A stretch of DNA of 64,000 bases from Actinomycetes bacterium. GTDB lineage: Bacteria; Actinomycetota; Actinomycetes; S36-B12; UBA5976. The translations under genes and the position numbers were made by a program. Shown piece after piece: positions 1-9,345 of the stretch. The stretch's first letter is position 1. The number at the start of each line of letters is the position of its first letter. The stretch spans positions 6,995 to 70,994 of the forward strand of contig JASJMK010000049.1 of NCBI GenBank assembly GCA_037619625.1, given 5' to 3'. A model generated the notes under the pieces. That model worked only from the letters and a program-made list of their open reading frames with translations. It searched no databases and had not been told where the DNA came from.

Positions 1-121
1 CATTTGAGATATCCGATGCGTTTGGTTCACTTTCAATCACCAGCGGCGTTTGGGTCACGGCCGCAATCTTTTGAAATTCTGTTATTACTCGATCGTCACT
101 AGTTACCAACAATGCATGCAT
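1..121 (-). CDS. Partial CDS (first 40 codons; continues past the window start), possibly the N-terminus of a CpaE/Ssd-like protein
   Basis: ATG at 121 is open to position 1. My own translation is MHALLVTSDDRVITEFQKIAAVTQTPLVIESEPNASDISN. The pattern resembles the N-termini of actinobacterial CpaE-like/Ssd proteins, from memory only. It is not in the ORF track because it is under 60 aa. Confidence 0.35.
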   Translation of the reverse strand, partial: MHALLVTSDDRVITEFQKIAAVTQTPLVIESEPNASDISN

Positions 122-237
122 CAAATCTCCATCTCGTCGAGGAGCTCAAGACACCTGACTTTAAAATGATGTTGCCGATGCTCACCCTAAGGAAGATGGG
201 ATTTCATCCTGTGTGGTTTTTTTGGTTGTGGAAAAGA

Positions 238-1035
238 TTACTTCTTAACGTCTGCTAGTTCGGCTAATTGCAGCGCCATTTCAATTCCTTTGCGAATAGC
301 TTCGCCCTGCCATTGGATCCAAGCAGCCACACCATCGGGCGTTCCAGATTGATATGAAGATAACGCTTTTACATAGGCAGGTCGCCCTAATAGGAACGCG
401 CCATATTCGCTCATGACAAGTCCGTCAACATCTACCTCTCGGGCGGCCAAAATTAATCGCGTGCTTGCCCGCGCTACTAAATAGGAGCCTTGGGTGAATG
501 GTCTAAGTGTTGCTAACTCAGCATGCGCAATTGCTGCAATCAAAATCACTGGCGCTTTCGAATTAATAATCAGATCAACCAGCGCAGCAAGTCTTTCTTG
601 CAAAACTTGGTGAGGTGGCACGTTACCAATGCGCAGTGGGTCGTCAATGTCATCACTTGTTCGTGGCTGTCCACGATCACCGTCATTTGAAGCAAAGGTA
701 TGTAATCGGGCTAAGACTTTAAGTGGTTCGGTTTTAAATGCCAAAGTCTGTAAATCTGCTTCAGCTGTAACTAACAGCCCCTGATCCGAAAGTGAACCCA
801 TGGGCGATACTTCGGGCTCCATAGTTGGATCTTTTGGCATTTGTGCGCCATCAAGAGCGGCAGTTGCAAATCCAGCAATTCTTCGGGTGTAAGGAGTCAG
901 AGCTGATTGGTGCCGGCGAATTGTGCGATTCCACATCAATTCGTCAATGGCTCTTAGTGTTACTTCACATTCTTTGGCCACGCCAGGCAACGCTAATAAG
1001 TTACTGAGTGAATCAAGCTGATTTTGCGTCGACAC
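238..1035 (-). CDS. Hypothetical protein with a degenerate Fic-like motif
   Basis: 265-aa ORF. The segment HAELATLRPFTQGSYLVAR aligns with the Fic core HxxLxxIHPFxDGNGRxxR. The catalytic His is replaced by Arg and the GNG is lost. Confidence 0.5.
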   Translation of the reverse strand: MSTQNQLDSLSNLLALPGVAKECEVTLRAIDELMWNRTIRRHQSALTPYTRRIAGFATAALDGAQMPKDPTMEPEVSPMGSLSDQGLLVTAEADLQTLAFKTEPLKVLARLHTFASNDGDRGQPRTSDDIDDPLRIGNVPPHQVLQERLAALVDLIINSKAPVILIAAIAHAELATLRPFTQGSYLVARASTRLILAAREVDVDGLVMSEYGAFLLGRPAYVKALSSYQSGTPDGVAAWIQWQGEAIRKGIEMALQLAELADVKK

Positions 1036-1040
1036 AGGTG

Positions 1041-1439
1041 TTATTTGGAGCCAGAGCGCAGAGTTGTCAGAGTTTGGACAGTATCCGCTAGTGACTTGGC
1101 AGTGCGACTACCGAGCGTTATTTTTCGTATTTGTCGCCAAGCTAAAAGTCCAAGGATCAGGGCGAAAGTTGCTAAACCTGCAACTACCAGAAGAAAGCTA
1201 ACCCAAAGTTCATAACCCAAAGTATTTAAGTAGTAAGCGGCGGCAACGAAAATAAAAATGCCAGCTAGGTTTAATAGCGAAATTGCAATGGCGAGTAGCA
1301 CAGAAAATTTAGCCATCCCTGAGATCGCTTCCTTAATTTCGGCTTGTGCCAGTTCAATGTGGTTACGAACTAAGCCAGAAAGATCGTCAATAATTGACGT
1401 GACCATCGAAATTAAGCTTGGTTCACGGTCTTTTCCCAT
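1041..1439 (-). CDS. Small membrane protein of the phage-holin-3_6 / actinobacterial Holin-X family
   Basis: 132 aa with an N-terminal amphipathic region and two hydrophobic helices (FSVLLAIAISLLNLAGIFIFVAAAYYL and LWVSFLLVVAGLATFALILGLLAW). This layout is typical of the family. Confidence 0.6.
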   Translation of the reverse strand: MGKDREPSLISMVTSIIDDLSGLVRNHIELAQAEIKEAISGMAKFSVLLAIAISLLNLAGIFIFVAAAYYLNTLGYELWVSFLLVVAGLATFALILGLLAWRQIRKITLGSRTAKSLADTVQTLTTLRSGSK

Positions 1440-1461
1440 GCCGCCAACTCTACCCTGCTAG

Positions 1462-2757
1462 TTAAAAATATCGAAGAAAAAGATATGGTGCAGTAATTGC
1501 AATGGAAATTACGGTGATCGGGATTCCATATTTTGCAAACTGCCAGAACGAAATTTTAATGCCTGCTTTAGCGGCAAGCCCGATTGCGACAACGTTTGCA
1601 CTCGCACCAATTATCGTCGCATTACCGCCGAAATCAGCTCCAAATGCAAGTGCCCACCAAAGTACATCGCCGTGCTGTGCTGGCACTGCCGCACTTAAAT
1701 CTGCGACAACTGGTGACATGGTGGCAACGTAAGGAATGTTATCGACAATTCCCGAAACTACTGCCGATAGCACGAGCAATACTCCGGTGGCCAACTCTGG
1801 TTTACCTTCAACTTGAGCAGCCAAATAGTCGGAAAGCATCTGTAGCGCACCTACATTAACTAGTGCGCCTACCATTACGAATAAACCAGCGAAGAACACG
1901 AGTGTTCCCCACTCAACATCTTGAACATAATCAACTGGCTTCAAGCCACTGATTGCAATAAGTAGTCCTGCACCAATGAGGGCGATGACTGAAGGTTCGG
2001 CATGAATTACTGAATGTGCTAAAAATCCCACGACAACGAGTGAGAGCACCGCCAAAGATTTTTTCAGTAAGTCAGGATTTTTCAAATAACTAGATGCATC
2101 TAATTCATGCACGCGCGCGCGATCTTCAGCGGTGTTTACCAGCTCTTTTCTAAACATCCACACAAGTATTGGTGTAATTACCAACATAGCCACTATCACA
2201 AGTGGCGCCATGTGAATCAAAAAGTCATTAAAACTCAGTCCAGCTCGGCTAGCGATGATGATGTTGGGTGGATCTCCAACTAGTGTGGCGGCGCCGCCAA
2301 TGTTTGACGCAAACACTTCGGAAAGTAAAAATGGAATAGGATTAACATTCAATTGCTTACAAACAATTATTGTCATTGGAACGGCAAGCAAAATAGTTGT
2401 GACGTTATCTAGAATTGCGCTGGCAAAAGCAACCAAGATGATCAGAAATACCAAAGCCTTTTTAGGACTTCCATCGGCCTTCTTTATGGCTTTAATTGCT
2501 AAAAATTCAAATAGACCGGTTTTGTGGATCACACCGACGATGATCATCATGCCAAGAAGTAGGAAAATTACATTCCAGTCGATTCCTGTTTCGTGACTAT
2601 AGAAAGCCTTGTCAGCATCAGTTGCGCCAATAACAAACATCGCTGCCGCACCGCCAAGTGCGATGGCAATTCGACTAATTTTCTCACTTGCAATCAGTAC
2701 GTAAGCCAGAACAAAGATGGCAATTGCAAGAGAAAGGGTCATGGCGTCATTGTACAC
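1462..2757 (-). CDS. ArsB/NhaD (SLC13-like) family anion permease
   Basis: 431-aa polytopic membrane protein. It carries family-typical segments: NVTTILLAVPM, NIGGAATLVGDPPNIII and FGGNATIIGASANV. Confidence 0.8.
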   Translation of the reverse strand: MYNDAMTLSLAIAIFVLAYVLIASEKISRIAIALGGAAAMFVIGATDADKAFYSHETGIDWNVIFLLLGMMIIVGVIHKTGLFEFLAIKAIKKADGSPKKALVFLIILVAFASAILDNVTTILLAVPMTIIVCKQLNVNPIPFLLSEVFASNIGGAATLVGDPPNIIIASRAGLSFNDFLIHMAPLVIVAMLVITPILVWMFRKELVNTAEDRARVHELDASSYLKNPDLLKKSLAVLSLVVVGFLAHSVIHAEPSVIALIGAGLLIAISGLKPVDYVQDVEWGTLVFFAGLFVMVGALVNVGALQMLSDYLAAQVEGKPELATGVLLVLSAVVSGIVDNIPYVATMSPVVADLSAAVPAQHGDVLWWALAFGADFGGNATIIGASANVVAIGLAAKAGIKISFWQFAKYGIPITVISIAITAPYLFLRYF

Positions 2758-2777
2758 CGAGTTAATTTCAGTTGTGT

Positions 2778-4736
2778 TTAGTCATCGTCTGAGGTTGAAC
2801 TCTTTAATCCATCACCAATTAGATTCATAATTGTTGGATCTGCAAGTGTCGTAACATCACCCAAAGTTCTGTTCTCAGCAACATCGCGAAGTAATCGGCG
2901 CATAATTTTTCCAGATCGAGTTTTTGGAAGTTCTGCCACTATCAGAATTTGTCGTGGGCGCGCAATCGCACCGATCTCTTTTGCAACATGAGCTCGCAAC
3001 TCTTTCGCAACACCGGGACCATCAACTGACCCAGCGCGCAAAATTACAAATGCCACGATACCTTGACCGGTTGTTTCATCAGCTGCGCCAACGACTGCAG
3101 CCTCTGCAACTGTTGGATGTGAAACTAATGCCGATTCAACTTCAGTTGTTGAAATGCGATGACCTGAAATGTTCATAACGTCATCAACGCGGCCAAGTAG
3201 CCAAATTGCGCCATCCTCATCCCACTTAGCACCATCACCTGCGAAATATTGGGAATCAAAACGTGACCAATAAGTTTCTTTGTAACGATCCATGTCGCCC
3301 CAGATACCACGCAGCATTGCTGGCCAAGGTTTTGTTAAAACTAAATAGCCACCACTGCCGTGACCCACTGCAGTGCCAGCGTCATCAAGAATCTCAGCAT
3401 TAATTCCAGGTATCGGACCCATTGCTGAGCCAGGCTTTGTCGCCGTTACACCGGGCAACGGACTGATCATGATTGCGCCAGTTTCGGTTTGCCACCACGT
3501 ATCTACGATCGGACAATTGTTTGAGCCAATAATTTCTCGGTACCACATCCAGGCTTCCGGATTAATTGGCTCACCAACGCTACCTAGCAGGCGCAGACTC
3601 GATAAGTCGTGCGCTTGGGGAAACTCGTCTCCCCATTTCATAAATGTTCGAATTGCTGTTGGCGCAGTGTAAAGAATCGTTACGCCATACTTGGCAACTA
3701 TTTCCCACCAGCGTCCCTTGTGAGGGGTATCTGGCGTGCCTTCATAGATAACTTGGGTGGCGCCATTTGCTAACGGCCCGTATGCAACATAGGAATGACC
3801 AGTGATCCAACCCACATCTGCGGTACACCAATAAACATCAGTTTCGGGCTTGATATCAAAAATCACGCGATGTGTATATGCAACTTGAGTTAAGTAGCCA
3901 CCAGTGGTGTGCAAAATTCCTTTTGGCTTACCGGTAGTACCTGATGTGTAGAGAATAAAGAGTGGATGCTCTGAATCAAAAAATTCTGGCGTATGTGAGG
4001 TTGATTGTTTCGAAACAATCTCATCCCACCAAACGTCGCGTTCACTGTTCCAATTAACTTCTTGCTCAGTGCGCTTAACAACTAAAACTTTTTTGACACT
4101 TGGGATCGAAGCAACAGCTTCATCCACTGCACTCTTTAATCCAAATGGACTACCTTTTCTAAAGCCACCATCGGCTGTAATAACTACACTGGCCGCTGCA
4201 TCTTCAATTCGACTGCGTAATGACTCCGCCGAAAAACCTCCGAAGACTACGGAGTGTGGTGCGCCAATGCGTGTGCACGCCAGCATGGAAATGACAGCCT
4301 CTGGAATCATCGGCATATAGATTGCTACGCGATCGCCTGTTTTGATTCCTAGTTCAATTAAGGCATTTGCGGTTTGACTAACACGATCCAATAAGTCTTT
4401 GTATGTGATGGTTTGAGTATCGCCACGTTCGCCCTCAAAGTGAATTGCAACTCGGTCGCCGTTTCCTGCGTCCACGTGACGATCGATGCAGTTAACTGAG
4501 ACATTTAGTTTTGCGCCGACGAACCATTTGGAAACTGGCGCGCCTGACCAATCCAAAACTTGGCTCCATGGCGTATCCCATTGCAGATTTTTTGCTTGTT
4601 CATCCCAGAAACTATTTCGATCCATTTCAGCCTGAGTGAAAAGATCTACTTTTCCATTTGCTTTCGAAGCAAACTCAAGTGATGGAACAAAAATTCGATG
4701 TTCGTGTGAAAGGTTTTCTAATGCTTCACCGCTCAT
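2778..4736 (-). CDS. acs: Acetyl-CoA synthetase (AMP-forming)
   Basis: Contains the AMP-binding motif YTSGTTGKPKG, WWQTETG, and a C-terminal PKTRSGKIMRR. The ORF extends to 4799, but the conserved N-terminus starts at the internal ATG at 4736 (MSGEALENL...). Confidence 0.95.
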   Translation of the reverse strand: MSGEALENLSHEHRIFVPSLEFASKANGKVDLFTQAEMDRNSFWDEQAKNLQWDTPWSQVLDWSGAPVSKWFVGAKLNVSVNCIDRHVDAGNGDRVAIHFEGERGDTQTITYKDLLDRVSQTANALIELGIKTGDRVAIYMPMIPEAVISMLACTRIGAPHSVVFGGFSAESLRSRIEDAAASVVITADGGFRKGSPFGLKSAVDEAVASIPSVKKVLVVKRTEQEVNWNSERDVWWDEIVSKQSTSHTPEFFDSEHPLFILYTSGTTGKPKGILHTTGGYLTQVAYTHRVIFDIKPETDVYWCTADVGWITGHSYVAYGPLANGATQVIYEGTPDTPHKGRWWEIVAKYGVTILYTAPTAIRTFMKWGDEFPQAHDLSSLRLLGSVGEPINPEAWMWYREIIGSNNCPIVDTWWQTETGAIMISPLPGVTATKPGSAMGPIPGINAEILDDAGTAVGHGSGGYLVLTKPWPAMLRGIWGDMDRYKETYWSRFDSQYFAGDGAKWDEDGAIWLLGRVDDVMNISGHRISTTEVESALVSHPTVAEAAVVGAADETTGQGIVAFVILRAGSVDGPGVAKELRAHVAKEIGAIARPRQILIVAELPKTRSGKIMRRLLRDVAENRTLGDVTTLADPTIMNLIGDGLKSSTSDDD

Positions 4737-4846
4737 GGGATCCGTGCTTTCCGTTGAAATTTCTAGGTATTTCGTTCTTAGTAATGATAGTTGTCGCACT
4801 TTGAAGTTAGGTCAAGTGATATCGAATAAGTCTTGAAAGAAATTGT

Positions 4847-6049
4847 TTAGCGGACTCCGGAGCACTCACCAGTGCTCACCGCTGGCATGTCTAAATAGGC
4901 AGTACCTACTGCATTTACTGCGACCATGAATTGCTTGGCAGTTAGCGCGTAACCGGTTTGATCATCTATGGCCGAGGAAGCAAAAATCAAGCCCGCCACA
5001 CTTCCATCTAGTGCAAGCATCGGTGCGCCTGAATCGCCTTGTTTGATGTCTGCAGAAAGCGCATAAATTTCTCGAGTTACCGTGTTTTTGCCATAGATGT
5101 CTGTTCCTGAAGTTTCCGAAACACTTCTTACTCGAGCAGGTATCAAAGCCAGTGGGCCGCCACCGGGGAAACCTGCCACAACAGCAGCATCTCCCCTGGC
5201 AAGTGGTTCGCTAATACGTAAAGCCACCGATGGAAAATTGGAGGTGCGAATCAAAGCCACATCATTAGCTGGATCAAAGAAAATGACCAAGCCCTCAAAT
5301 GCTTTACCTTTACCCTTGACGCGCACCGTTGGATTAGTTATCCCAGCAACTACATGAGCATTTGTAATTACTAAATCTTGTCCAACGACAAAACCAGAGC
5401 CAGTTAACCGAGCGTTGCATTCAATCGCGGTGCCCTCAACTTTGACTACAGATTCCAGGGCTGCGGCAATAGCTGGTTGCGCTGTTGCTGAAACATCTGG
5501 TGGTGCAACAGCTGGCGCTAATAGCACTTCACTAATACTGCTTGGCAAATCAGAATTGGAAACATAAATTCGAACTGACTCAACACCGTCTCTGACTTGA
5601 ACCGGCATGTATTGATCAAGGGCAACAATGACTTTTGATTCGGTCAGCATGTTTGTAAGTGAAGACATCGGAGCGGCCAATAAAGTTGTTGCCATAAACC
5701 AGGCAACGATCGACCAAGCGGAAATCGAAACTATGGCGCCGGTGGCGTTATCCAGGAATCGAATTGGTGACCAACTGAAGATATTTCGGATTCGATTTCC
5801 AATGAAACTGCCTAATGCGCTACCAAATCCCATCCCCAGGAAAAGTGCAGCAGCGCTTAACGCTGTCCGGCTAAATGAAGTTGTGGTCGAGGCACCGGTA
5901 ACAATTTCAATCGAAGATCGACCTAGCCAAGCACCGGCAAATAATCCAACCAATGAAAGCACACTGACTATTAATCCCCGTCGCCAGCCTGAACTCACAA
6001 TAAAGATTCCGAACGCGAGCAAAATAATATCTAAATAGAGTGGATTCAA
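4847..6049 (-). CDS. marP: MarP-type membrane serine protease (CvpA-like N-terminal TM domain fused to a trypsin-like S1C domain)
   Basis: Four N-terminal TM helices followed by the catalytic triad contexts TNAHVV, NDVALIR and GDSGAP. Its position next to the nudix and nth genes matches M. tuberculosis Rv3671c. Confidence 0.85.
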   Translation of the reverse strand: MNPLYLDIILLAFGIFIVSSGWRRGLIVSVLSLVGLFAGAWLGRSSIEIVTGASTTTSFSRTALSAAALFLGMGFGSALGSFIGNRIRNIFSWSPIRFLDNATGAIVSISAWSIVAWFMATTLLAAPMSSLTNMLTESKVIVALDQYMPVQVRDGVESVRIYVSNSDLPSSISEVLLAPAVAPPDVSATAQPAIAAALESVVKVEGTAIECNARLTGSGFVVGQDLVITNAHVVAGITNPTVRVKGKGKAFEGLVIFFDPANDVALIRTSNFPSVALRISEPLARGDAAVVAGFPGGGPLALIPARVRSVSETSGTDIYGKNTVTREIYALSADIKQGDSGAPMLALDGSVAGLIFASSAIDDQTGYALTAKQFMVAVNAVGTAYLDMPAVSTGECSGVR

Positions 6050-6705
6050 CTTGTCACTTCCGTGTTGGGCGCTGGCGCCGGAAGTTCTATTATTTTTGAT
6101 TCATCCCACTCGGTAGCCCAGCCAGCAATATCCATTAAGCGTGAAATTAGTCCGCCGGTAAATCCCCAGATAAGCATGTCCGCAACATCAAAGCCCGGAC
6201 CAAATGAACCATTTAGGTGTCGAACTCGCATTCGGTTTACTGGATTGATCAAAGCATTAAGTGAAATGCGATGAACGGCTTGCACCTCATTGGTATCAAT
6301 ATCTATAAGTTCATGCGGGGTGTGCCACCATGCCAAAACCGGGGTGACTTTGAAGTTAGAAGGTGGAATCCACAGCTGGGGTAACTCACCCAAAATTTCT
6401 ACGCTGTTTGGATCAAGGCCAATTTCTTCATGCGCTTCGCGCAACGCGGTTTGCGCCAATGAAGCGTCACCTTCTTCGACTCGGCCACCGGGAAATGCTG
6501 GTTGCCCAGGATGAGCTTTTAAGTGTGATGCGCGTTCGATAATTACAAGTTCACCAAAATCATCGCGCGGGCCAAATAACACCAATACTGCAGCTTCGCG
6601 GGTACTTTCATCTGGAACGTCGTGTCGAGATAAATCGCTTGTGATTAATTGCGGCGTCCTGGCAATTAAAGTGTCCATCCAATCAGGTATCGACATGTTA
6701 GGCAC
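6046..6705 (-). CDS. NUDIX hydrolase (CoA pyrophosphatase-like)
   Basis: Nudix box GGRVEEGDASLAQTALREAHEEIGL. It has a 4-nt overlap with marP and an 8-nt overlap with nth, so these look like one operon. Confidence 0.85.
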   Translation of the reverse strand: MPNMSIPDWMDTLIARTPQLITSDLSRHDVPDESTREAAVLVLFGPRDDFGELVIIERASHLKAHPGQPAFPGGRVEEGDASLAQTALREAHEEIGLDPNSVEILGELPQLWIPPSNFKVTPVLAWWHTPHELIDIDTNEVQAVHRISLNALINPVNRMRVRHLNGSFGPGFDVADMLIWGFTGGLISRLMDIAGWATEWDESKIIELPAPAPNTEVTS

Positions 6706-7396
6706 CCGTCTTAATTAGCTTTGCTGCTTCACTTGGATCCCTCGGGCCCTCGCCAAATGATGGACACATACTTGCCAGTTCACATGCCCCGCAAGCAGGC
6801 TTTCGGGAATGACAAACTCGCCGTCCCAGAAAAATTAACCGGTGATTTAACATGGTCCATTCTTGCGCTGGGAAAATTTCCATAATATCAAATTCCACTT
6901 TTACTGGATCCGTATTTTTGGTCCAACCAAGTCGACGAGAGATTCGTCCAACGTGCGTATCAACGGTTACCCCTGGAATATCAAAAGCGTTACCTAAAAC
7001 TACATTTGCAGTTTTGCGACCAACGCCGGGCAAGGTTACAAGTTCATCAAGAGAGTTTGGAACCTCACTGTTGAAGCGATCAATAATCGTGGCTGCTAAG
7101 CCTTTAATCGAAATAGCTTTGTTGTGATAAAAACCGGTTGATTTTATTATTTCCTCGATTGATTCAAGTGGCGCTGCTGCGATATCTGTAACCCTTGGAT
7201 ACTTTTTGAATAGTACTGGCGTGACCATGTTTACGCGTTTATCAGTACATTGCGCCGACAATACTGTCGCCACCAAAAGTTGCAACGGGTTTTCATAATC
7301 TAATTCGCATTTAGCATCGGGAAACATGTCTGCTAATTTTTCGTTAATTTCTTGAGCGCGAAGCTCGAGTGCTTTCTTGGATTCCCGCGCGGCCAT
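6698..7396 (-). CDS. nth: Endonuclease III
   Basis: HhH-GPD region LPGVGRKTANVVL and a C-terminal 4Fe-4S cluster motif CHSRKPACGACELASMC. Confidence 0.95.
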   Translation of the reverse strand: MAARESKKALELRAQEINEKLADMFPDAKCELDYENPLQLLVATVLSAQCTDKRVNMVTPVLFKKYPRVTDIAAAPLESIEEIIKSTGFYHNKAISIKGLAATIIDRFNSEVPNSLDELVTLPGVGRKTANVVLGNAFDIPGVTVDTHVGRISRRLGWTKNTDPVKVEFDIMEIFPAQEWTMLNHRLIFLGRRVCHSRKPACGACELASMCPSFGEGPRDPSEAAKLIKTGA

Positions 7397-7417
7397 TACT
7401 TAAGACTAAGTGCTGTG

Positions 7418-8095
7418 TTATCGAGCGCGTTTTGAAAGGCGTTCGAGGTCAAGTAGTTCCACTGATCGAGTCTCTAACTTAAGCCAACCGCGACTAACAA
7501 AATCAGCCAAAGCTTTATTAACTGTTTCTCTGGATGCGCCAACTAATTGGGCAAGCTCTTCTTGCGTTAAATCGTGATTCACATAAATTCCAGCCTCGGT
7601 CTTCGAACCAAATTTTTCACCGAGTTCCAGCAATGCTTTTGCCACTCGCCCTGGGACATCGGCAAATACTAAGTCCGACATGGCTTCATTTGTCCGGCGT
7701 AAGCGGTGCGCTAGAGCTTGCAATAGTTTCTGAGCTACTTCTGGGCGACCTGCTAACCATGGATTTAAGTCAGTGTTACCTAGACCTAATACTTGCGAAT
7801 CCGTTACTGCAATGGCTGTGGCAGTTCGTGGTCCCGGATCAAAAAGGGAAAGTTCGCCGAACATGTCACCAGGTCCGAGCACCATAAGCACAGACTCGCG
7901 ACCATCACCTGAGGCGTGACTTAATTTAATTTTTCCTTCAGTGACTACGTAGAGACGATCGCCTGGGTCACCTTCTTGGAAAAGCGTGTTTCCTCGTTTG
8001 ATGGTTTGTGGAACCATAGATTTTTGTAAAGCAAGCGCAGCTTCGGCATCAAGGGCAGAAAATAGTGGAGTTTTTTGCAGATTCTCATCAATCAT
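7418..8095 (-). CDS. crp: Crp/Fnr-family cAMP-responsive transcriptional regulator
   Basis: cNMP-binding domain (GDPGDRLYVVTEGKIKL, FGELSLFD) and a C-terminal HTH (LTQEELAQLVGASRETVNKAL). Synteny matches Rv3676. Confidence 0.9.
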   Translation of the reverse strand: MIDENLQKTPLFSALDAEAALALQKSMVPQTIKRGNTLFQEGDPGDRLYVVTEGKIKLSHASGDGRESVLMVLGPGDMFGELSLFDPGPRTATAIAVTDSQVLGLGNTDLNPWLAGRPEVAQKLLQALAHRLRRTNEAMSDLVFADVPGRVAKALLELGEKFGSKTEAGIYVNHDLTQEELAQLVGASRETVNKALADFVSRGWLKLETRSVELLDLERLSKRAR

Positions 8096-8156
8096 GGCTT
8101 TCTCCTTTTTGCTCTAACCTAACTTTGTTGGCGATGTTTGCGCTGTCTGAAAAGAT

Positions 8157-8621
8157 TTAGTCGCGAACTTCGACGATTACTTCTACTTCTACCGGAGTAT
8201 TTAGCGGCAATGAAGCTACTCCCACTGCGGAGCGGGCATGCTTGCCAGCATCTCCAAAAGCTTGAATAAATAAATCGCTTGCACCATTAATTACAACTGG
8301 TTGCTTTGTGAATTCTGGAGTGCTTGCCACAAACCCAACAACTTTTACAACGCGAACGACTTTATCCAAGTCACCAATTAGAGACTTAATGGCGGCAATT
8401 GCGTTGACTGCGCATTGCGCTGCGCACTTACTTGCAGTCTCTTCGTCTACGTCCTTGCCTAACAAGCCTGTTGCGATTAGTTCACCGGCAACGAAGGGTA
8501 GTTGGCCAGAAGTAAAGACAAGATTTCCAGTTCGGGCAGCTGGAACATATGAAGCTACTGGTGGAACAACTTCTGGAATTGAAATTCCAAGTGCAGTTAA
8601 CCGATCCTCAACAACGCTCAT
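8157..8621 (-). CDS. RidA/YjgF family protein
   Basis: 154 aa with the typical RidA fold sequence (TSGQLP...; C-terminal VEVEVIVEV). Confidence 0.85.
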   Translation of the reverse strand: MSVVEDRLTALGISIPEVVPPVASYVPAARTGNLVFTSGQLPFVAGELIATGLLGKDVDEETASKCAAQCAVNAIAAIKSLIGDLDKVVRVVKVVGFVASTPEFTKQPVVINGASDLFIQAFGDAGKHARSAVGVASLPLNTPVEVEVIVEVRD

Positions 8622-8629
8622 TATTTTTC

Positions 8630-8785
8630 CTAATCCTTTGGTCGCTTGAAGTAAGCCACAAGATTTTCAGTATTCATACCAGGAACAATTGCGACTAATT
8701 CCCAGCCGTCAAGTCCAAAGTTGTCAAGAATTGCTTTTGTATTGTGCACCAGCACGGGCGCCGTTAAGTATTCCCATTTAGTCAT
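8630..8785 (-). CDS. DUF4177-like small protein (51 aa)
   Basis: Hand-translated as MTKWEYLTAPVLVHNTKAILDNFGLDGWELVAIVPGMNTENLVAYFKRPKD. ATG is at 8785 and TAG at 8630-8632. This matches the conserved actinobacterial DUF4177 pattern (WEY...GxDGWELV...LVAYxKR). It is missing from the ORF track because of its size. Confidence 0.7.
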   Translation of the reverse strand: MTKWEYLTAPVLVHNTKAILDNFGLDGWELVAIVPGMNTENLVAYFKRPKD

Positions 8786-8829
8786 ATTTAGAGCATACGA
8801 CAGTTACTGGCTAACAAAAAATGTCAGAT

Positions 8830-9156
8830 TTAAGTGCCATGGACAAAAGCCACTGGATCCAAGCGGTCGTAGTCTTGGCGGGCGCTCATCAAAAGTTCGC
8901 GCCAGGAACTGACATTAGTTCGCCGGCGAAGTAGTGCGCGCCGCTCTCGCTCCGTCATGCCACCCCAGACGCCGAATTCGATTTCGTTATCCAGTGCATC
9001 TGCTAGGCATTCGGTCTTAACGGAACAACCTGCACAGATAACCTTTACGCGATTTTGTGCCGCTCCTTGAGCAAACAGCAAGTCTGGGTCAGTGTCTCGA
9101 CAAGCCGCGCTCCGGCTCCAATCAGCGTTCCACATTAACGATTCGTATCCCCTCAT
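8830..9156 (-). CDS. whiB: WhiB-family Fe-S transcriptional regulator
   Basis: Four Cys in WhiB spacing (C-X21-C-X2-C-X5-C: AACRD...CAGCSVKTEC) plus GVWGG followed by a basic tail. It is divergent from a class A PBP, like whiB4/ponA2 in M. tuberculosis. An alternative start at ATG 9135 is preceded by GAGGGG. Confidence 0.9.
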   Translation of the reverse strand: MRGYESLMWNADWSRSAACRDTDPDLLFAQGAAQNRVKVICAGCSVKTECLADALDNEIEFGVWGGMTERERRALLRRRTNVSSWRELLMSARQDYDRLDPVAFVHGT

Positions 9157-9345
9157 ACTTGGATCAACTTAGATCGAAATAACCTGCGCAAAATGACAAG
9201 ATAAACATCGATTTCTTAACTATTGGGCTATTCGCCACCTATGTCAATACCTGAGCGGAACTTTCTTGAACTGGAATGTAACTGTTACCAATTAGATATA
9301 TCCGCGTTACGGGCCGCTATTTGAGCAAGTTACCATTGAGTAGTT

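Noticed and set aside
4737-4799. N-terminal extensions in the ORF track for acs (to 4799), trxA (to 35514), padR (to 46465), rpsF (from 52426), rnpA (from 29086) and rodA (to 61973).
   Set aside because: The conserved protein N-termini begin at internal starts that have good RBS or coupling contexts. The extensions overlap neighbouring genes or regulatory DNA, and their residues do not resemble the respective families.
9270-9290. A small palindrome, GTAAC-T-GTTAC, in the whiB/ponA divergent intergenic region. I considered it as a possible Crp or WhiB-related operator.
   Set aside because: The arms are only 5 bp and it does not match the TGTGA-N6-TCACA consensus. It is easily explained by chance.
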